This document shows positions 12,061 to 25,199 of a DNA stretch of 64,000 bases, piece by piece. Each line of letters opens with the position of its first letter. The first letter of the stretch is position 1. The stretch comes from Neocallimastix sp. 'constans' (lineage: Eukaryota), in NCBI GenBank assembly GCA_050613775.1, contig JBODTK010000102.1:248001-312000 (forward strand). The letters run 5' to 3'. The notes beneath the pieces are model-generated. The model did not search any database and was not told where the DNA came from. It saw nothing but the letters and a program-made list of their open reading frames with translations. The position numbers and the translations under genes are program-made.

Positions 12061-15000
12061 AAAAAGGAAACTATTTGCATTACTTAAATTAATACATAAT
12101 TTATTTGTATTAGTTTATTTCAGGAAATTTAAAATTCTTTTGTTCATATCAAATAAATTATTAATATTAATTATTTTATTTAATAAAATTAATTTAATAT
12201 TAATAATAATTTTTACTTAATAAAATTTAAAAATTTTTAATATTAAGTATAAAACTAATATTTTATTTTGTTAAATTTTTTACTATATATACTTTTTTAT
12301 TAAATATAAAACTATATTGAATTATTAATAAGTTAAAAAAGGATTTAAAAATAAATTTATTTTGAATATTTAAAATTATAAACTTTTTATTATTATAAAT
12401 AAAAATTCATTTATAATATTTAAATATTAAAATAATTATATAATGATTTATTTAAAACTACTTTTTTTACTTTATAAATAAAAACTAAAATTAAATATTA
12501 TATTTTTGTATTAAAATTTAATTAATATATATGATTCTCTAATTCATATTCAAAAAATTAAAATATCTTTATATTTTATATAATAATATTAAAATTAAAT
12601 TTAAAAAATTATTAAAATTATATTTTATTTATATATATATTAAAGAATATAAATAAATACTTTTTAAATATTTTAATAAAAAGAAAATTAAAACAATGTT
12701 TAAATTTCTAAATTTAAATATAATTTTTATAAACTTATTTAATATTTCGTTATATACAATATATATTGAATTTTTTTATTTTATAGATATAATTTAATTG
12801 TTGTTATAAGTATTAAAATTATAATATTTATTTAGTAAATAAAAATGAAGTTAAATACTTAAAAATATTATTGCATAATTTAATTATATAATTTAGAATT
12901 GAATAAAAATTAATAAATTTATTTTATTTTTAATTTAGATAAATAATACTTTATTAAATTTATAAAAGTTTTTCTTTATTATAATAATTTTAATTTCTAT
13001 AAAATAAAACGAATAAAATAAAAGATTAATAATTAAAAATTAATATAAATTTATATTTAAATTAATTTTAAAAATTATTAACGTAAAATCAAATACTAAA
13101 GACGAAGGTTATGTGAATTTCTTTTGTAAGGTTGTCATTCTTTTGGTAGAAGAGGAAAAACATTTCTAATTATATGCCTATAAATATTCAGAAGGATTGT
13201 TTTTAACATTTATCTGAGTCTTACTATAGTAAAATTCATAGTAATGTCAAATCGGGAGGACTGTTATTTTGTCTCTTGCTGAGAATGTCTTTCCATGGCA
13301 AGAGATTTTCTTATGGAATTTCCAGAGAGTTGCTCTGTTCTAGAAGCCTGAGAGTTAATTTACTTGGCTAAATCTGTGGTGGGTTAGGGTTGGTTTAATC
13401 TGTTTACTAAGATTTATAATTTATTGGATAAATTATAAATTATAATTATTCTTTTACGAAGTACTAATCTAACTAAAATTTACTCTTTATTAGTAGCATC
13501 GATCATCTTGCAGGTTTTCTTTTTTATTATATTGCTTAGGTGATCTTTACTTGAATAGACTATCTTAGTGGTACAATGTCCTTGGGAGGAATTATATTTA
13601 TCAACGAAAATGTGTCTTAAAAAAACTTTTCTTGCACTTGGCCGAATCTTTAGGGTTGCCAATAATTCAAAAATTTCGTTATAAAATTTAAATATTTACC
13701 AAAAATATATTCTAACTATTAATATTATTTTTATTAATTATTAATAGAACTTTAATAAAGAAAATTAAATTTTTTCTTTTAACGTTTAAATATATTGTTA
13801 TTTTTTTTTATATTTTTAAAATATAATTATAAAAAATAAAATTATATTAATTACTAGAATTTAGAATTTTTATATTTTATGTATTTAAGAATGATAGTTT
13901 ATTATTGATGTCATTGAATAATTTTTTTTAAGAAATAATGTAAAAAAAAATATATATTAAATTAAATATTTAGTAAATTTAATTCTATCTTGAATTTATT
14001 CACCTATCCAAATATGATGCTGTAATAAATATAGACACGACAATGGATAATAGTAATACGCAAGTATTCTTTTTAAATATTTCTAAAAATAAAAAAATAA
14101 TTAAAAATGAAGTAAATAATAAATTCAAATTTTTTTTAACTTTTAATTAAAAATAAATTTATATTTTAATAATATATTTATTAAATGTTTATATTTTATT
14201 ATATTTATCATTCAAAAATGAAATAAAGTTATATATTTTTTTAAATTAGTAATAAAATATTTTAATTTTAAGGAATTAAATTATTAAAAATTTTATTAAA
14301 ATAAAAAAATTAAAAATAATATAATTTATTCGTATTAATAACATTCCTTTTGTATTTTATAATTTAAATTTGAAAATAAATATTTGTTATATTACTTTAT
14401 AATATATTTCTTTATTTTAATAATAATGAGTAGCCCCAAACATATAATGTATATAATGAAATAATAAATTCCTTTATAAAACTCATATCTATATTTTAAA
14501 AATTTGTATAAATTATTTTAATTTTAGTTCTTATAAAATATTTAGAAATTATTAGAAAGTATTTATTTATATTATTATATATATATATAATTAAATAAAA
14601 TTTTTATAAATGATTAATTAAAAATTTTAATATTTTTATTTAAAAATTTATAATATTATTTAGTATTAATAAAAATTAGAACAATATTACATTAATTAAA
14701 TTTTAAAAATGAATTTATTTTACAAATATTACAATTTAATAGAAAAGTAATAAATTTGTTTTTAGATTTTTATTTATTCTTAAAATTTAAATATAATAAC
14801 CAAATTCTTATTAATAGTAATTAAAAAGTTTAAAATTTTATATATTCAAAATAATATTATTTTAACTCCGTTTTTGATTTTTTTTTTTTTACTCCATTTT
14901 TGACTTATTAATAAATCAGTTTAATTGTTAAATTTAATAAATAAGTATATATATATTAAAATTTTTCGAAGTAATATATTTATTTTATACTTATATAAAA

Positions 15001-15090
15001 AATTTTAAATTTTTATAAAATAAAAGTTATTAGTAATTATAAATTATTTTTACAATTTAATTAATAAATTATAGTTTTAGTTTAATTGAA

Positions 15091-16674
15091 ATGAATAAAA
15101 GAATTTTTATGTTATTAATATTTTTACTAATATCTAATTATGTATATTGTGAACAAATTCCAATAAATATTAATCAAAGAGATGATATAAATAAAAAAAA
15201 AAACAAATTACCAGATGGTTTTATGTATGTTGATGAAAATAATCCTAATGGTCCAATTACACTTAATAGAGATAAAGATGATGGAACAAAACGTAATTTA
15301 TATAGCAATATTAGAATCGAAGATGATTCTTTTTTTTATGATTACGATAAATTTAACAACCTTAATACTACTACACTAAAAAGAGAAGAATACTTCTGTG
15401 AAATAAAAAGTTCTTTTAGACCAGAAGTTTTGAAAGGTTATGATATTTCTTGTCCAAAACATTATACTATTAAAATTGATAAAACGTTTTATGGACGTTT
15501 TAAAAAAGATAATATACATTGTAAATTTGATAATAATAATATTAAAAAAAAAAAAAAATTTAAAACAAGAAAAAGTTGTGGCTACGAACCAACAAAATAT
15601 CTCAAAGAATTATGTGAAAATAAAGAATACTGTACTATTATTCCAACGCATCATTTCTTTGAAAATTATTGTCGTAAGGTTTCGAAATATCTTTATATTG
15701 AGTATCATTGTGTCAAAAATTCTGTATGATTCTTATATTAAAAAATTAAAATAAATATTTTAAAAATATTTACTAATTTTTTATTATTAAATAAAATTAA
15801 AAATATTATAAATTATATTAAACGAATAGATATTAAAGAAAGAAAAAATTTCAATAGTCTCATTTTATAATGGAATAAATTCAAATTCAATGCAGGAACA
15901 TTCTGTAAGTGAATTTTATCAATATGCTAATATCCATGGATATGATTATAAATTAGAAACCATTAATTATTCACCAGGTAGAATAATATATTTTATGAAA
16001 TTTTATACTATTATTGAAAAGTTAATTGAAGGATTGAAATATAAAAAATATGACTGGATATTGTAAATATGAATTTTTTTAAAAATAATTTAAAATAAAA
16101 TTTTAAATATATTAATTAATTATTTAAAAATAAATTTTTTTTTATTATTTATAGCTGGGTTGATAATGATGTTGCTATTCTTAATCCAAATATTAGATTA
16201 GAAACATTTTTGCCAAATGAAACTATGAGTAATGTTCATTTATTAGCAGCATATGATTATTTAGAAGGTTCAAAATATTGTTGTGGATTAAATGCAGGTA
16301 TTTTATTTATTAGAGTACATGAGTGGTCATTAAATTTATTTACTAGAGCGATTTCATATCCATATTTTAATAAAGAAAAAATAATTAAATATCATGATCA
16401 AACATCATTGAATAATGTTTTGATTGAATCAAATGAATCAGATCACTATGTTATTTTTCCACAGCAATATTTTAATAATAAACATTATAAAAAAGGTGAA
16501 TTTTTATTTCATAATATGGATTTGGGAAAGGAAAAAAGATTTAAAGAATTCATAAATAAATATAAAATTGAAGAAGGATGGGATTTAAAAACGAATGAAG
16601 AAACACGTAAAGAAGTCTTAAATTATTATGCATTACAAAAAGAAAAACAGAAGTTCATTAAATTATATCCTTAA
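15091..16674 (+). CDS. Galactose/rhamnose-binding SUEL lectin domain fused to a GT34 (Mnn10/Gma12-like) glycosyltransferase; exons 15091-15723, 15830-16062, 16155-16674, about 461 aa
   Basis: Hydrophobic N-terminus; SUEL pattern SCPKHYTIKIDKTFYGR..C..C..LCENKEYC..YCRKVSKYLYIEYHC; GT34 motifs YANIHGY, YDWIFWVDND (DxD), GLNAGILFIR, DQTSL; two GT-AG introns keep frame. Confidence 0.88.
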
Positions 16675-18052
16675 TTTTATGTTTGTAACATATTTTTACA
16701 TTATTTTTACTTTTAAATATTTTTTTAATACTTTTTTATAATTAAAAAATAAAATAAAGGAAGTATCATTTCATCTTATTTTTAAAAAAAAAAATAAAAA
16801 ATAAATTTTTAATTTAATGTTATTTTAAAATTTAGTATTTATATTTTTTAACTTTCATCCTCAAATTAAACACTAATAAATGTTAGCTTGGAAAAAATTT
16901 TAATATATGGATTCATAATAATAATAGAATTGCTATTAATTTTAGATTTATTAAATAGCTATTAATCTTTTATATTATATATATTAAATTTAATATCTTA
17001 ATTTAAATTATAACATCATTTCAAAAATCTATTATTAGTTTTTTCTATTAATAATCAAATAATATAATAATACATCGGTATTATAATATTATTTGATTAT
17101 ATATCAATTCATTATTATTAAACAACTTCTAAAAATCAGCCTTCCATTCTTTTTAAACGTTTGATGTTTTTTTACACATATTTAATTTTTTATTTTTAAT
17201 TTTCTATTATACAAAATTATCATTTTTTCTATTATAATTATTTAGTAAATTTATTGAAAATTTACTATTTTACTAATTTTCAAAGATATCATATATATTT
17301 TTTAGTTTTCGTTGTTAATATTTTTTTAAATTGGTTATTTTTATTTTTTTTTGAAATAAATTTATTTGAAAATAAATTATTAGGTTTAACAAGTTGATTT
17401 CCAGAAATGTTTTTTCAAATTAATTTTGTGTATTGAAACCAAAAATTATGATAATCCTATATTATAATATTATGATGAAAGATATTTACTTAATAAATAG
17501 TACATTAGAATTCTACTAATTAATATTTCCAATGAAATAAAAATTTAATTATTTTACTTAGTTTCTTAATCTAAGTATATATATTATTCTTGGTTTAAAG
17601 AGAAGTAATATTGTTCATAACTCCAAATATAATTATTATTCTAATGGATAATATAAATACTTAAATATTTTTTATTTATTTAAATTTTTAGTTATTTAAT
17701 TATTCTTGTTTTTTGTAATTAAAATTTTTTTTAATTGTCATTCATGATTGTAGTTCCTACTTTTTCAATAATAGCGGAATAATATGTTTTACAACTTTTA
17801 TTTCTATAATTGTTGAATAAATTTTATGTAATTATATAAATTAATAATAATTAAATAAATACAAAATATTATTTCTTTATAGAAAAAAATTTATCAAATA
17901 TTCTTATTATAATTTAATTTAATTTAAAATTGATAATTAGTTTATTTAATATTTTAATTAAATCATAACTACAATTTTAAGATATTATAATATTAATAAG
18001 TAATATTAAAAATATCTATAGTAACTTTTATTATTTAGAATAAAATTTATTT

Positions 18053-18253
18053 TGTGAAAAGAAGGAATCCCTTTTATTATGTAAGAATAAAGAATAGTTT
18101 ATAGACATAATTTTGTACTTTTTTATTGTGCTTATATTTAACATAATATTTGTTTTATTATTATTATTTGTAACATATCTGATACTAATATAATAATATA
18201 TATAACATTACTTCTTTAATTAATATAACTATAAAGCTTTGTACTTCTGAAGA
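18053..18253 (-). repeat. Degenerate solo LTR (same family as 21888-22090 and 32694-33116)
   Basis: Shared blocks GGAATC..TTTTATTATGTAA, CATATCT.ATACTAATATAATAATATA, TTTAATTAATATAA.TATAAAGCTTTG. Confidence 0.7.
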
Positions 18254-18259
18254 TTTATA

Positions 18260-18914
18260 TACTTATTAAAACTACTAACTTTATTATCAATTTATGATTT
18301 GATATTATTGTTTTATTCATGTAATTATTAATTTTGTTACATTTCTCAAATTCATCTTTTGCTTGTGCTTTTACTGAATAAAATTTTTTTTTCATAATTA
18401 AATTGTAATTTTAATAATCTTCATTATAAAATGAAATAAATTGTGAATTTATAATAATTTCTTTTGAATAATCATAAATAATGAAGGATTGACATAACGT
18501 CTTATTTTCAATAATGTTAAAATACCATTGCTAAGAATCATTGGATAAAGTAGATAATTTCATAAATAAATCTTCGTCAAAAAATCTTTTATGCATAAAT
18601 GTATTTACTTGATATAAGATACCCTCAAATCCATTTATAGGTTTTCCGGTATTAACGATCTTTTTTTTAATAGCATTTAAATCACTTATTTCTGTTTTTG
18701 TATATAAATACATATATAATTCCCATTTATATTCTTTGTGAGTGTATAACGAAAGAGAAATATTTTTAGAAATATCAAAAGTTTCTAAATAAGAAAATAT
18801 AGTATTATTTAAAAAACAAAAATCTTTAATATTTTTATTTATTATTTCGGATTTTCCTATTTTATAAATAGTACAAAACAAAACATATAAACTAAATTTA
18901 ATTATTTTCATCAT
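18260..18914 (-). pseudogene. Unknown protein with signal-peptide-like N-terminus; probably disrupted
   Basis: 127-aa ORF 18531..18914 starting MMKIIKFSLYVLFCTIY; coding-like frame continues past the stop (QWYFNIIENKTLCQSF...) with further stops, ending near a solo LTR. Confidence 0.4.
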
Positions 18915-20184
18915 TTATTATTAGAAGAATTCACAAATATTATATATATTTTATTATTATTTATATAAAATAAATATAATATTAAAAACAAAAAACTAAT
19001 TTGTGTTTTTAATAAAATAATTTATGAATAAAACCAAATTATTTTATTACATTTGTTGAATGTTTCTATAATTTATTATTTATATATTATTATACTTATA
19101 AAAATTAAAATTTATTTATTTATTTTGTACTTTTTTTCTTTAAAAAAAGAATAATTATAATTTAAATAAATTTATTTTTTAAAATATATAATAAAAAATT
19201 ATAAAATAAATTAAATAAAATTATTCTATTACTAAGTAATTTTTTATATTAAATTATTAATTATAATGTAATTTATAATAAAAATATTTAATGAAATAAT
19301 TTCAAATTAATAAATTATAATAAGTATTATTGATTTTAATCTTATTTATATTACTAAAATAAGTAATATAATAATAATTAAATTTTTATTTTAATTCGTT
19401 TTGGAATGCTTTAAAATAATAAAAATATTTTCATTATATTTTTTATAATTACAAATTTATAGAAATGCTTTTTTTTTTTCTTAATTTCAAAATTAAATTA
19501 TATAAATTTTATTTTTAGAGTAAAATTTTTAACTACAAAAAAATACAAAAATAAAAAACTTTGACTATAATTTATAATAAATTTTAAAAAAATTCATAAA
19601 CAAAAATCCTTTTTTAAACTTTATTATAATTTTATTTAAATTTTTATAAATTAAAAATAATCTTGAATTGTATAATTAATATTTATTATAAATAAAAATA
19701 TTTATATTAATATTAATTAATATTTGTTAAACTATATTTATAAACTATATTAAAACTAAAAAAAATTACAACTAGTTTTTAAACATTAAAATTCTTTTTT
19801 TTTTTTTATATATAAACAAAAAAATATTTTAATTTAAATATTATAAATAAGGAATTAGAATAAAATAAATTTATTTATTACTATATAATTTCTTTGTTAT
19901 AGTTTAATACGGTTTAATTAATTTTAATATAATGAAATTAAAATTATTATATTTTAGATTTAAAAATACACATAATATTATATAATTTATTAAATTAATT
20001 ATTAAAATTTTTAAAATTTTAAAATATCTGAATTTCAATTTTTTTTTTGTACATTTTATTTTGATAATTTTAATAAGTTAAAATTTTATATTAATAAATA
20101 AAAAAACAACTATATGGAAATAATATTTATATAAAGAAATTAAAAAAATTATATTCAATTAACTAATTACAAATATTAACTAAA

Positions 20185-21306
20185 ATGATATCAAATGGCA
20201 TTTTTCCTTTAATAAATAGGAAATTTATTTTAGTTACAGGTGGAGCTGGCTTTATTGGATCACAAACAATATTACAATTATGTTTGAAAGAATATAATAT
20301 TGTGGTTATAGATAATTTATGTAACTCTTCTATAGAGTCAATTAATAGAATTGAAATGATAACGGGGAGAAATGTACATTTTTATAAATTTAGTATACTT
20401 AATGAAATAAAATTAAACGAAATATTTGAGCATTATGATATATGGGCTGTGATACATTTTGCAGGATTAAAATCTGTTTCTGAATCATGGAAATATCCTG
20501 AAAAATATTATTATAATAATGTAGAAGGGACTAGGGTGTTAATTCAATGTATGATAAGGCATAATGTATACAATATAATATTTTCTTCTTCTGCAACGGT
20601 ATATGGAAATCCAATTAGTTCTGAACCTTTAACCGAAGAATCAAAAATCAATCCACTTAATCCATACGGTATATCTAAATTAAAGGCAGAAAATGTTATA
20701 ATTAACCATTTTAAAGAATACATTACTAGTCAGGTATTTATTTTGAGATATTTTAATCCAATTGGAGCAGATATTTCTGGTTTGATAGGAGAAAATCCAT
20801 TAGATATCCCTAATAATCTTTTACCCTATGTATGTCAAGTCTTAATTGGTAAAAGAAAATTTTTAAATATATATGGTAATGATTATTTTACTCATGATGG
20901 GACAGGTGTAAGGGATTATATTCATGTAATTGATTTGGCTAATGGTCATATAGCAGCTTTAGAAAAATTAAAAGAAAATGAGAATAACCGTGATAAATTA
21001 AAAAAACGAATATTCATTTATAATATGGGAACTGGAAAAGGTTATTCCGTATTAGATATTATTAAAACAATGAGTAAAGTTTCAGGTAAGAACATCCCTT
21101 ATAAATTTACTAATCGTCGTCAAGGTGATGCAGCTCAAGTTATTGCTTCTCCTAAAAAAGCAAATGATGAATTGCAATGGCATGCCAAATATGATATTAC
21201 CTCAATGTGTTATGATGCATGGAAATGGCAATTATTAAATCCAAATGGATATAAAAATCCATCTCCTGATGTAATTAGAAAATTAAAAAACTACCAAAAA
21301 AATTGA
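20185..21306 (+). CDS. galE: UDP-glucose 4-epimerase, intronless, no mutarotase domain
   Basis: 373-aa ORF with VTGGAGFIGS, VIHFAGLKSVSES, YYNNV, FSSSATVYG, NPYGISK (YxxxK), LRYFNPIGA, PNNLLPY, DGTGVRDYIHV, RRQGD. Confidence 0.95.
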   Translation: MISNGIFPLINRKFILVTGGAGFIGSQTILQLCLKEYNIVVIDNLCNSSIESINRIEMITGRNVHFYKFSILNEIKLNEIFEHYDIWAVIHFAGLKSVSESWKYPEKYYYNNVEGTRVLIQCMIRHNVYNIIFSSSATVYGNPISSEPLTEESKINPLNPYGISKLKAENVIINHFKEYITSQVFILRYFNPIGADISGLIGENPLDIPNNLLPYVCQVLIGKRKFLNIYGNDYFTHDGTGVRDYIHVIDLANGHIAALEKLKENENNRDKLKKRIFIYNMGTGKGYSVLDIIKTMSKVSGKNIPYKFTNRRQGDAAQVIASPKKANDELQWHAKYDITSMCYDAWKWQLLNPNGYKNPSPDVIRKLKNYQKN

Positions 21307-21887
21307 ATAAATTTAAAAATAATTTATTAATATTTTTTATTTTAAATTTTAATTTAATATTGATAAACACATTATTATAATTAATTTAAAAAGTTATTTT
21401 AATTTTATTAAGTAATTATATTTTTTTAAATTAATATAATTTTAATTATTTCTTTGTTAAAATGTTTAGAATCTTAATATTTTAAAAGAATTCCATTTAA
21501 TTTATAACAAAAAATTTACAATACTCTTAAATTTATAAAGAATTATTATAAAATAAATATTTATTAGTATAAAGTTTATATATAATAAATTTTTTGAATG
21601 AACAATTTCTATTTTCAATTTTTTTAATTTAAATATATATTAAATTTTTTTTAAATAATATTTTTCTTAGTAAAAATTACTCTTTTTATAATTATATAAA
21701 AATTTTTAAACAATTAATAAATATATTATTAAATTATTAAATTTATTTATTTATTAAATAATTAAGCAAAATAAAATTAAATTCTTTCAGTCATTTAAAT
21801 ACAAATAAAATATTACAAAGATTTATTAATTTTGAAATTAATACAATAAGATTTCTTAGATTTTATTTATATAGTTTTAATATATAT

Positions 21888-22135
21888 TGTGATAAGTAGG
21901 AATCTCTTTTTATTATGTAAAAATATAGAATAATATATATATATAATTTTGTACATTTTTATGGTATTTATAATTAACATAATATATGGCTTATTATTAT
22001 TATTGGTCACATATCTTATACTAATATAATAATATATCATTACTCCTTTAATTAATATAATTATAAAGCTTTGAATTTTTGTTTCTAACATTCCCTCTTG
22101 AATCTAACTTTAGGTGAAAGTTAGAGTTGAAGAGA
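21888..22135 (-). repeat. LTR (21888-22090, TG...CA) with adjacent polypurine tract and hairpin, no linked coding sequence
   Basis: Reverse complement matches 32655-32820; minus strand reads AAGAGGGAA then TGTTAGAAAC; TCTAACTTT/AAAGTTAGA inverted repeat beside the PPT. Confidence 0.7.
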
Positions 22136-23149
22136 AATAATGCAAATGTATTAAAATATAAAAAATAATTTTAATTTTAATAATAATAAAAAATAACGTA
22201 TTATAAAGTATATGAAAAAGAGTTATTTTATTTTTATTTGTAAACTTAATAAATTATTTATACATATTTTAAATTCTAACATTCCCCCTAACTTTCAATT
22301 TGGTTGGTATTATTTTTTTTTTTTGTTGACTCAATACTTTACCTAGGTAATATCATTTTATATATATAAATAATTACTATACAAGTAAAATTAGAGAAAC
22401 AAAATTCTTGTTTTCAACAACAAACATTCTTACATTAAAATTTTCATCTATCATTAATTAGATTTAAAATACTAAAAGTTTCCTTTCTCGAATTTCCAGT
22501 TAAGTTATAATTACAATTTCGGTTACTTTATATATAAATTATTTTTTTATTTATAAATTATAATAAAAGAATTAATAAATTCAGTTGTAAAAATTAAAAA
22601 GTAGTAATTTCTTGTTTACATTAATGGGTTAATAAGGTCTTATGATTATTTCTTTTACTTTTTTATATATTTATTTTTTAATTGTTAATTTTATTATATT
22701 TTTAATCATTTATTATTGTTACTATGAACTTTATAATGATTTATTTTTTATTTTTTGGTTTTATTTATTTATTTATTATTAATTTATTTATTATTTATTT
22801 ATACTTGTTATTTATTTATTGTTTATCTTATTAATTTTATAATTATAAATAAATTATTGAACGATAAAATAAATTATTTTAATTTTAATTGATTATATAA
22901 TAATTAAACAGATTTATATATTCTTTAATTATAAAAAACTGAATATATTAAATACTTAACCTTGAATTTATACTTTCTTTTAAAAAAATAAATATATTTT
23001 TAAAAATAAAATAATTGAAATATATTAAATTATATATTTTATCTTCTATTTCTTCTTTTTCTTTTTTTCTTAATTCTTATTTTTACTTTTTTTTTTTTTT
23101 TTTTTTTTGTGAAAGATTCATTTTTATCTAATGAAATTTAATATATTTT

Positions 23150-24340
23150 AGTAAGATCTTCGCTATTTTTCAAATTTTTTTTTTTTAGCTTCTGAATCTC
23201 TGTATAAGTAATCATATATATCGGTTCTAAATTTTTCATAATTTTTTTCAAAATTCCTGGTCATATTGGTAATTCTAGATTGGGTGAAGTTTTTTCTTTT
23301 TTTTTTTTTTTTTTTTAAATAAGATCACAATTAAAATTTATGCAAATCTCTTCATCATTATAGAAACTAGTTATACCAGACATGTTTCGTTGATCTCTTA
23401 AAAATTTTTATGAATTTTCTTAGAAGTAATAAATTTAAAAAGCTTTTACTGTTGCATCTAATTTTTCACTAGTATGTTCTTATCAATACCAATATTAACT
23501 CCTGACATTGTTGAACCAGAAACATCTTGGGAAATTCCGGGCATCGGTTACATTTTATAAACATCATTTCTTTTAAATTCTCTATCAAAAAGAAACAAAT
23601 ATCTTAAAAATATGACATTTCCATTTAATAATCTTTCTATTGTAAAATTTTCATTGGAATAAAAAAATATTTTATTTGAAGAAATTACTTTTCATTGAAT
23701 GTGGTGAATTTAAACTTTCTTGAACCTGTTAATTTAGGAAAAGGTGAATTAATTAACTTTCTACAAGAATAAGTTAATTCATAAATAAAGAATATTTCTT
23801 CTTCATTATCATCAAATAAACCGTTATAGGCTACTAAATCTGCATTATTATTTTGATTAATCTCTTTTTCTTTAAAAATTTTGCCTGTGTTTATTAATTC
23901 ATTCCAAGTTGTATGAATTGATCTATTATATTTATTTAAAATTTCTTGATTGGAATAGATATTGTATGTCTTAAGGCAAAGGGTCGTGCTACTAATTTAT
24001 TATGATAATAGCATATTTGATTTAAAAAATTATCATTAAATAAATTTATGTGTTCTTCTGATAATTTCTTTAAATTATATATATGGACTTAACAATGGAG
24101 TGAGCAAATTTTCATAGAAGTATAAATCATATTCGTTTTTTTTTTCCAGTAAATTTTCTATTGATGATCCAAATCATTAACTTAATTCTGTAGAATTTGA
24201 TCGTGTTAGAAGATTCAAGTACAATGCAATATCTAAGATTTTTTTTGACTATTCATTTAATTCTTTTACACTATCAGTAAATATGTGATTATTTTAATCT
24301 TTTTCATAAGCTATTGTTTTTAAAATAATTATTTTCATAA
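23150..24340 (-). pseudogene. Decayed extracellular solute-binding protein (periplasmic binding protein-like II) family gene
   Basis: Minus-strand fragments LNLLTRSNST, FGSSIENLL, YSNQEILNKYNRSIHTTWNELINTGKI, DLVAYNGLFDD, PGISQDVSGSTMSGVNIGID, separated by stops and frameshifts; family recognised from memory of anaerobic fungal SBP-domain proteins. Confidence 0.7.
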
Positions 24341-24934
24341 TATATATTGGTTTTTGGGTTTTTTTATTAATTATATAATTTTTATTTATTATATATTAAA
24401 TAATATTGATATATAGCAATTTTGAAATTACTGATATATTGTTCTATTGAAATTAGTGTATATTAATTTTGATTTATAATTATGTAATACAATTATTTAA
24501 AATTTTCTATTATTTAGTTCAAATAATAAAAATGAATTTAAGAAGAAAATTATTAAATAATTAGAATTTTTTATTGTTAATAATATATTAATACTATTAT
24601 TATTATAATTTATTTATTTATTATTAATTAAAAACTATTATTATTATTTTTATTATTTTCATAATTATTACTATTATTTTGTTGACTATGTTTTTCAACT
24701 CAATATAAACTTTACAACATAAATGTATTACTTCTATATATATATATTTTTTGAATATATTTCTATGTATATATATATATTTTAATAATAATAATAATAA
24801 TAATTTGTATTGAGAGGATTATTATGAATTCAATTCAATTTACAATTTAAATAATAAATTTTAAATTTGTTAATTTATTTAATCATTGAAAAAAAATTTG
24901 TATAATTTATTTTCGATACTTAACTGTTATTTTA

Positions 24935-25138
24935 AGCTCAACTTCGTAGAGTGAGACTCTTAGTCTGTCAAAAATAACAATTAAGAGTTACTCAGAATAT
25001 ATAATTAAGATAGTTTATTAGAATAAAGTTGAGAGTTATCAAATAGAAAGAGTAAAACAGGATTTATGTATATGGAGTATTATATTGCTTTATACTTATC
25101 TTATGATATAATAATATAGATATGATAATTTAATAACA
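24935..25138 (-). mobile_element. Probable 5' LTR (24966-25138) plus tRNA-Lys-like primer-binding site (24935-24965)
   Basis: TGTCA...TAACA bounded segment preceded on the plus strand by AGCTCAACTTCGTAGAGTGAGACTCTTAGTC, resembling the 5' half of tRNA-Lys(CUU); no second LTR seen. Confidence 0.5.
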
Positions 25139-25199
25139 TAAATTATTGGTTCTTTTTATATTTTTAAAAGTTAATAAATGAATTATATAATGAATATAT

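Noticed and set aside
13090..13670. Less AT-rich stretch including ORF 13480..13662
   Set aside because: No recognisable motif; probably transposon debris but unsupported
24935..24965. Functional tRNA-Lys gene
   Set aside because: Only 5'-half similarity; no T-arm or acceptor stem follows
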